Assembly: GCA_002269645.1 (NCBI GenBank)
Contig: NIVC01004592.1
Span: 1-41,074 of the forward strand
Source of the DNA: Macrostomum lignano
Lineage: Eukaryota
Reading direction: 5' to 3'
DNA: 41,074 nt
Made by a program: the position numbers and the translations under genes. Below, piece by piece: positions 34,351-41,074 of this stretch. The notes beneath the pieces were generated by a model that had not been told where the DNA came from, did not search any database, and saw only the letters and a list, made by a program, of their open reading frames with translations. The first letter of the stretch is position 1, and every line of letters begins with the position of its first letter.

Positions 34351-37111
34351 GGGTCTGTATAAAAGCAGGGCACCACTTGGCACATTGGACACCCCTTATG
34401 TTAACAAAAATCGAGTTTTGATCGTTTTTTTGCTTAAATAAATCTACTTTGGCTTTCGAATGAAAATGTAAATATTTATTTATAATTGCACTTTTTTATA
34501 TACTTTTAACAACCATGAGATTGGTAGTATCAGCAAGTTTTATTCTACATTTAAATTCATTTCTTATCTTGCTTTATTGTCGAACTACTTTCGGTACGTC
34601 ATTTTCATTTACCTAGTTGGTGCACTTACAGAAAACATAGAAACATTAAATGCCGTTTCTTGTTCTCAATAAACGTTGGAAAAAGTGAGCAGCAGACTAG
34701 TTGCAGAATTTTATAGCCGGACATGGCATATTTGACAATTTGCAGCTGCTCTGGCTTGTTTACTGCCTTTCCATAAATCAACAGCAATGGTGAAAGTGAA
34801 TCTAATCTTTCTCTCTCTCTCTCTCTCTCCCATAATGTTAATGTTTGATTTGTTGTTAATATGGACTTTTAAAATCCCCCGTGTCTTAAATAAAAAACGA
34901 ATAATTTTTTAAGTTATGATGTCCATCAAAATGCAATTAATTAATGTTTTAAAAACATTAAAACTCAATAAATTATTTATTCTCTTATCAAATAGAATCC
35001 AACTCTAGAATCTTTTTCAAGGAAGGAATACTAACTCCTTAATATTCAATATGGATGATAATAAAGCAGTGCATTACTTTTTCAATTTAGAGAATCTAAC
35101 AAGGAAATAAATATAATTTAGTACAGTACCATTGTAAGCAAAAAACCATAAGTTTACAGGTACAATTTTTTGTAAAGATAGATACAGCTGAAAAATTAAA
35201 ATTTGACAAAAGAATACCACAAACACTAAAAATGGGGAGAAAAAGTATAACAAACATTGGCATTAATAAAAAAGTTATAAATATTGCAGCTGAGCAAATG
35301 AAATTAGCAATTAAATAATGCAATGAGTTAAATGATAAATAACAAAGAAATGCTAAATAACATCTAGCAATGTATATTAAAGCAATTGAAGTGCACTCTG
35401 AGTTGAAAGGCTTACAACTCATAAAGTACAGTTTAAATGCAATGTAACTTTTTATTTATTTGTAACTTTATAACAATAGAAGTCATTACCATAAGCAATT
35501 GTATGAAAAGTTGCTATTAATAGTCTTATGTACTTTATCTCTACTCTAAGAGCTAACTTTCTATAAATATATATGATTCCTTGTATAAAATTAGGGATTC
35601 TTTAAAAAATTCATGCTGCAATATGCATATATCACACTTTTGACCCAAGAAAATTATTGAAAGTGGTCAACCAATTAGCACAAAAAAATTATAGACAGGG
35701 CTGTAATGGTGCAAGTGGTGTTTCGGCACACCACTTAAATGTTTGGAGCAGTTACACTAAAGAAAATTATTATTTTATAAAATTAAGAGAGGCAAATAAA
35801 ATTAATAAAATTAGTAGGGCTTGAATTGAATAATATGCTGTGAAGACGCAAAATTGTAAGCCAAGAAGGCTAGAATTAGGGTTAGCAATTAGGCAATTAG
35901 GCGAACTATAGACATTAAGGAATGTGTAGGTATTAAATAAATAAATCATGCAGGTGCTAATAGTAGCTTAAAACCTATCACTTGGTCCCTTAGAATGCCA
36001 TAATTTTGGACATTAGAATTAAAAAATAGTGTTTTACTGATTGGGAACTTGTTCTTATTGGGACACTTCTCATAAATATAGAAATATTAATATAAACAAT
36101 ACTAATAAATCTGCCTATTAAAACTTTGTGGCATTTGTAGGATTTTAGAAGAAGGAAGTATACCCTGCAACATACGTGCAGAATATTTATGTGCTAAAGG
36201 ATTTAGGCCTGAAATAAATGACAATAAATGTTATGTGAAGATGGTTTATATGTTGTTTATTCAAAGCGTCACATAACTTTTCAGTAAAAAGACTTCTTGG
36301 TCTGTAAGGTAGATTTTTTACTTAAATGCTTGAATTTTTTAACTCATAATTTAAATGATTAGCACAATTTCTTAAATATCATGACTTGGCAAATTATTCA
36401 TAATAATGTTTTCTTAAAGGATTGTATATAAAGAAGAGACTGTAATTTGAACTTTCACTGAGTAGCTATTCCTTTTTTGTTGGTTGAAATCATAGAAAAA
36501 GTAATTGAACTAATAAAAGAAGAAGCTTGGAAATTATCAATTTAATCATCATCTTACAAAGTAAAAAAACTTTTTGGGTGCATTTTTTCATCAAATAATC
36601 AGCCAATGTATTAACTTTTTTAATATAGAAATACTTGCAACTTGGAATATCCAAAGTTCGTTCTTCATGAAGTAATCCTAACAAAATAAGTTGTGGTTTT
36701 TTGATAAGAGCAGAATGCTTCATCATTTTATGGAAAATTGAGTTCTGACTATTAGTTTGATCATTTTATATATCAGGCATATTTAGCATTAAATCGGTAC
36801 GCCTGTAGTACAGAACCTTCGGGTAGTAAAATCACAGTGTAATAGCATTGCAAGCTGCAGTTTTTGCATACATGTGCGATTATTTTAAAAAATCGAATGC
36901 CAAATTAAACATGTACAAAAAACGATAATACAAAGAATATTTAACAAATCATCTATCACGAAAGCAAGGATGTCATTTCTAATATTATCATTTTTTTTAA
37001 ATTATTTAAAAGTAACTCCGCAAGTTTATTCTGCATTTTCATATCTAATTTTGTTATAAAAAGGGGTGTCCAATGTGTCCAATGTGCCAGTGCCAGCTTT
37101 TATACACACCC
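34351..37111. mobile_element. Non-autonomous TIR DNA transposon (MULE- or hAT-like), about 2.76 kb
   Basis: About 60-bp inverted ends GGGT(C/G)TGTATAAAAGC...GGCACATTGGACACCCCTT...AACAAAA, flanked by TACTTTTTC (34342-50) and TACTTTTC (37112-19). No intact transposase. Confidence 0.75.
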
Positions 37112-37170
37112 TACTTTTCTAGTTGGTTGAAATTTAAAATTGTAAACAGGTTAGAGTTAGACGCCAATTT

Positions 37171-38212
37171 TGTGACTCAGCGGAGGGTTGAGTTTGTCTG
37201 CGAACCCCAGCTTTGCGCGGCCAGCCAATCAGAACCGGCCTGGACCCTGGCACGCGGCAAGTTTCAGTTCTACCCGGCGCCGCGGGCACAGTGCAAATCG
37301 GCTTAAGCAAGCGGCCGGCCAGACGACCACCACCCGGCTTGAGGGGGGTTTTGAGGGGTTGTGACTCTGACTATATATGAAAGTGTATCTGGCAATCGGA
37401 TCTCACTTCTCTCCTCTCTTCCCCGGTTTTGTCTTGCCTTGCTTCCCGGCCGGTGGCCTAGCTGTTTCCCTTTGGTTCGCGCTTTGAGGCGCCTGAATTC
37501 ATCACCCCGGTCCGTGCTTTGTCCCCCGCCCAACCGCTTCAGCCTTGTAGCGTAACGATTCGGCATCCTTGTCTGACGTCGTCGCTATCAAGCGCGGTTT
37601 AGATAGAGACTGTCGGATCTGATCAAGTACGCGGCCTCGACCCCGAGGGCCTCAGTGTTACACTGAAGGGCAGTGCCGATAGAATTTAGTCGGTACTCCG
37701 TTGAACGGTCGGTTCGGCAGGGCTCTCGTTTGAGAGTAGGTTCTGGCTTAGGCCAGGGGTTAGGAGTTCTCCGTGGTCCTGTGTTCGGTGCCTCCTTCTT
37801 CTTCTTCAGTGGAGATCTGCTTGCCAGTTGTGTAATCTAATAATTATTATTAACCGTTATTGTCGTTTTGTCAACTCTAGTTATCTGCGCCGTTTGTTTG
37901 AATCTTGTAACTCAGCTAATCAAATTAAACCGTCAATCAAGTTAGTTATTCTGAAATAGGATTATCACTCTCCAAATCTTTCGGTTTGTGTTCCCTCGTG
38001 TTCTTTCTTTTCTTGTACTGTACCTGCGGCTATTGGAGAAGACTGGTAGAACTCGCCGACCGGCGATAGGCGATTAGGATTAATAGCTTTAAAATCTCCG
38101 AACGCTCCAAGTAGGTTTGTCTAGGGCCTAAATAATTGCTTACCGTGCATGCTATTATCTAATTGCCTATTTATCGCATAACTGTAAAAAGCAAACATAG
38201 ATGGCTATAACA
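37171..38212 (+). mobile_element. Probable solo LTR (about 1.04 kb)
   Basis: TGT...ACA ends, flanks AATTT/AAGTT (4/5 match), AGCCAATCAG at 37223, TATATATGAA at 37372, then a pyrimidine-rich leader and AT-rich U5-like region. Boundaries are uncertain. Confidence 0.55.
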
Positions 38213-40471
38213 AAGTTATAGCATCGCCCAGGTGTTTGAAAGAAACATTCAGCTAAGCTGCTAAGGCTTCAGTTTGCGAAGTCGGTGAGAGCAAACGGGG
38301 GTTGATTGCCTGGATGTCTCGGAATCTCACCATGCCTTTATACATGTAGATGAAGTTGGCCAGCCTTCGAGACACTCGACGCAGCAGATCTGCATGGGTC
38401 CATGCAGTTGAGCGTAGAATTTTTTTCAAGGATCTTCTCAAACGCAAGCAGAGAACTGTTAGCGTAACGCTGCCCAGAATCAAGAGAATGGGCATGACAG
38501 AAGCAGCTGCAAAGAACTCTCTATAGTAGTGAATTCTCAGTGGAAGTGGAAGTATGACCAGGCAAGTTTGTTTCAATGGTTTGACGTACGATCGGACAAA
38601 TTTTATTTGTGTGAACACAACCACTAATGTAGTAAATAGAGGCTTTTTCCTCGGTAGAAATTCGAGCAACGGATAAAACTTATATGTTAGCTCGTCAAAA
38701 CTGACATTCTCTTCAATTCATCGGTGACATCATGCTGACAACATGCGGATGGCGAGTGATCTGGTGGCGAAGCTTGAAGTTGTAGTCGTGAAGTTAAAGA
38801 GGCAACGCCTCCTCGCTGCATCCGGATGCCCGGAACCCCTGCAGCCAAGTCAAGAAACCCTCTACCTGTTTAAGGTAGCCTGTAAACAACTCTCAAATCT
38901 GCGCAATAACTACATGTACATGTAGATAGTGCATGTGCACTTGCCAAGCAGAGAGAAGGCAAAACTTCTCCCCGATATTGTGCTTCTCAATTTAAATACG
39001 TATTTAAGAAATTAATAACATGCAATCCGTGTTTCCCGGTCAATTTATCTTCAGCATTACCAGCATTTTTGCGCCCCGTCATAATTGGTGCCCCTCATAC
39101 TCATGTTGGCCTCCCAAACTTGGACCGCCCCTCCCAAAAAGAAATTCTAGATCCGCCATTGCTCGTACACGATAAGACTGACTGAATTTTTTTCTACTAA
39201 TATCCACCTATACTAATTATAGATCATTTGTCTCAATCGGATCGAAACAACTTACAAATGTAAATGTCCATGTACCAGGAAAGTCATATGGCTATTTAGA
39301 AAGTGACAGGATGTAAGGCTATGGGAGCACGAGACTTTTACACAGAGGCTTTTCTCGCCGAGCTTTCCTCTCATTTTTAACCAACAGGTGCTGCAGAGAC
39401 AGAGGGCGAGAAGGAGAAGGGGAGGCCAAGAGGGGCAGATAAACTATTGAGACTCCTTCCCATACATTTGTCGTAAAATCACATACTTTATACCTCTCGC
39501 CTATGGCTCTACCTCCCACTATTCTTTGTGACCGTCGTGTGACCATATTTGTGTCATCAAAAGAGAATTCGATAAAACAGGAATGTTTCAGGACAGGACA
39601 GAGTGAATTATCGTAAAAAGCATAGGTAAAAGCAGTGCAGTCTGTTTTATTTCAAAGTCACATGTTTATAATATACAGTTAAGTATATACTCGTAAAACT
39701 GTACATTAACAAAAGAAAATGAAAAATATATAAATAGCCAACGCTTGTCAAAAAAATGCGCTGCATAGTTCTCTCAGTTTGGTTAGCAAAGCTCGACAGG
39801 GGGGGGACAAAAAACTGATCACAGCATTACAGAGCGACAGAGAGAGCGTCAGCGTTTGATGGTAGTGCAATATTGCAAAGAGGTCATGGATTAAATGTTG
39901 CATACGCCACGGGCACAGAGAAGTGTGACCAAACATATTTATACGGCTACGTCGGCTAACAGCTAATTTCTGTCTAATGTGGCTGAATAGTCATCCATGC
40001 CGTAGTCGTCACCGTCGTCTTCTTTCACCTCACGAGGATCCTGCGTGCACTCTTGCGTCCTGTGCATCGGCAGCAGCATAATGCACATTGCTTAGTCTCA
40101 TCTCGACACCTGCCAATGAACGAGAGAAAAAGTCCTTTTATTTAAAATGCAAATGCATGATGCAAAGCATTCCAATACAGTTCATAGCTAATCTGCATTG
40201 TTAGCACTTGATGCTGGAGTGACTATGAGCGGAGAAGCTGAATAGGTTATGTACGCGACCAAAACAATTCACTGATTTCACTAGGAAGAAGCTAAATACA
40301 TGCAGAAAATCTACGTACTCTTTTGTTTCAAACGACCTCATTTTACGTATTCTGCTGATGATATTGTAGAGTGCATAAGCGGCAGCATAAAATACTCATA
40401 TTCTTTACTCACTGCTAATTCGACGCGAAGATAAATAAATGGCAAAGATCTCCTCTGAAGAAATCGGATAA

Positions 40472-40921
40472 TATGCTCCTTCATTAGTCCTTCGTTCGCC
40501 CTTAGCACTCGCAGCACTCGTAGATGGTAGCACGCGGAGCAGCGATCGTCCTCCGCTTGAGCCAGTAGTCACTGCAGCCGAAGCGGCAGGCAGCAAGCAG
40601 TCCTGCGATCGTCCTCCGCTTGAGCCAGTAGTCACTGCAGCCGAAGCGGCAGGCAGCAAGCAGTCCTGCGATCGTCCTCCGCTTGAGCCAGTGGTCACTG
40701 CAGCCGAAGCGGCAGGCAGCAAGCAGTCCTGCGATCGTCCTCCGCTTGAGCCGGCGGTCACTGCAGCCGAAGCGGCAGGCAGCAAGCAGTCCTGCGATCG
40801 TCCTCCGCTTGAGCCAGTGGTCACTGCAGCCGAAGCGGCAGGCAGCAAGCAGTCCTGCGATCGTCCTCCGCTTGAGCCGGCGGTCACTGCAGCCGAAGCG
40901 GCAGCATTTATCGGATCCTAG
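40472..40921 (+). CDS. Possible terminal exon with 21-aa repeats (VTAAEAAGSKQSCDRPPLEPV/A)
   Basis: Open frame of 150 codons without ATG; candidate acceptors at 40487, 40505 and 40514; variation between repeat units is mostly synonymous in this frame. Confidence 0.3.
   Translation, partial: YAPSLVLRSPLALAALVDGSTRSSDRPPLEPVVTAAEAAGSKQSCDRPPLEPVVTAAEAAGSKQSCDRPPLEPVVTAAEAAGSKQSCDRPPLEPAVTAAEAAGSKQSCDRPPLEPVVTAAEAAGSKQSCDRPPLEPAVTAAEAAAFIGS
40543..40904. repeat. 63-bp tandem repeat, about 5.7 copies
   Basis: Units start at 40543, 40606, 40669, 40732, 40795 and 40858. Confidence 0.95.
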
Positions 40922-41074
40922 CAAAATAGAATATCTTTTTCTGGCATCCCAAATCCCTATTGGCTTTCATAAACGCACAGTTCCCCGTTGGAAAGCCGAA
41001 TACAAAGTTCGGCGTCAGCATTAGCTGGCTCGCATGTACGCACCTGAAATGATGAGAGTGAAGCGTCTGAAGTA

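Noticed and set aside
35096-36726. Hydrophobic ORFs inside the TIR element
   Set aside because: AT-rich compositional ORFs with no DDE or zinc-finger motifs.
37052-38212. Alternative solo-LTR start at TGTTATA (37052), which pairs with TATAACA (38212)
   Set aside because: 37047-37111 is better explained as the right TIR of the 34351-37111 element, though the alternative is not fully excluded.
39388-39480. Possible plus-strand exon with an AT-hook-like KGRPRG
   Set aside because: A single short purine-rich motif with no donor or partner exons; could be chance.
39975-40112. Minus-strand Cys-rich or acidic peptide (CALCCCRC; EDDGDDYGMDDY)
   Set aside because: The motifs lie in different frames, each closed by nearby stops; no coherent gene model.

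Overview
Eukaryotic (metazoan) DNA: GC-rich, Ala-rich exons in AT-rich, repeat-dense intergenic sequence. The composition resembles a Macrostomum-like flatworm, which is an inference only. Three spliced genes are supported: PSME3IP1/FAM192A (minus, 2 exons), a FaNaC-like DEG/ENaC channel (plus, 2 exons, about 608 aa), and a ZYG11-family CRL2 substrate receptor (minus, at least 4 exons) whose first exon is split by a frame change with an ATGA stop/start overlap. A possible cullin-4-like 5' end runs off the left edge. The rest is about ten distinct mini/microsatellites and transposon relics: a Penelope-like fragment with inverted terminal arms carrying decayed hammerhead ribozymes, a full-length DD34D mariner fossil, a Ty3/gypsy 3' end, a probable solo LTR, a 2.8-kb TIR element with an 8-9 bp target-site duplication (TSD), and MITEs. 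Most long ORFs in the supplied track are repeat or antisense artefacts. No database searches were run; homology calls rest on remembered family motifs, and repeat boundaries and copy numbers are approximate.
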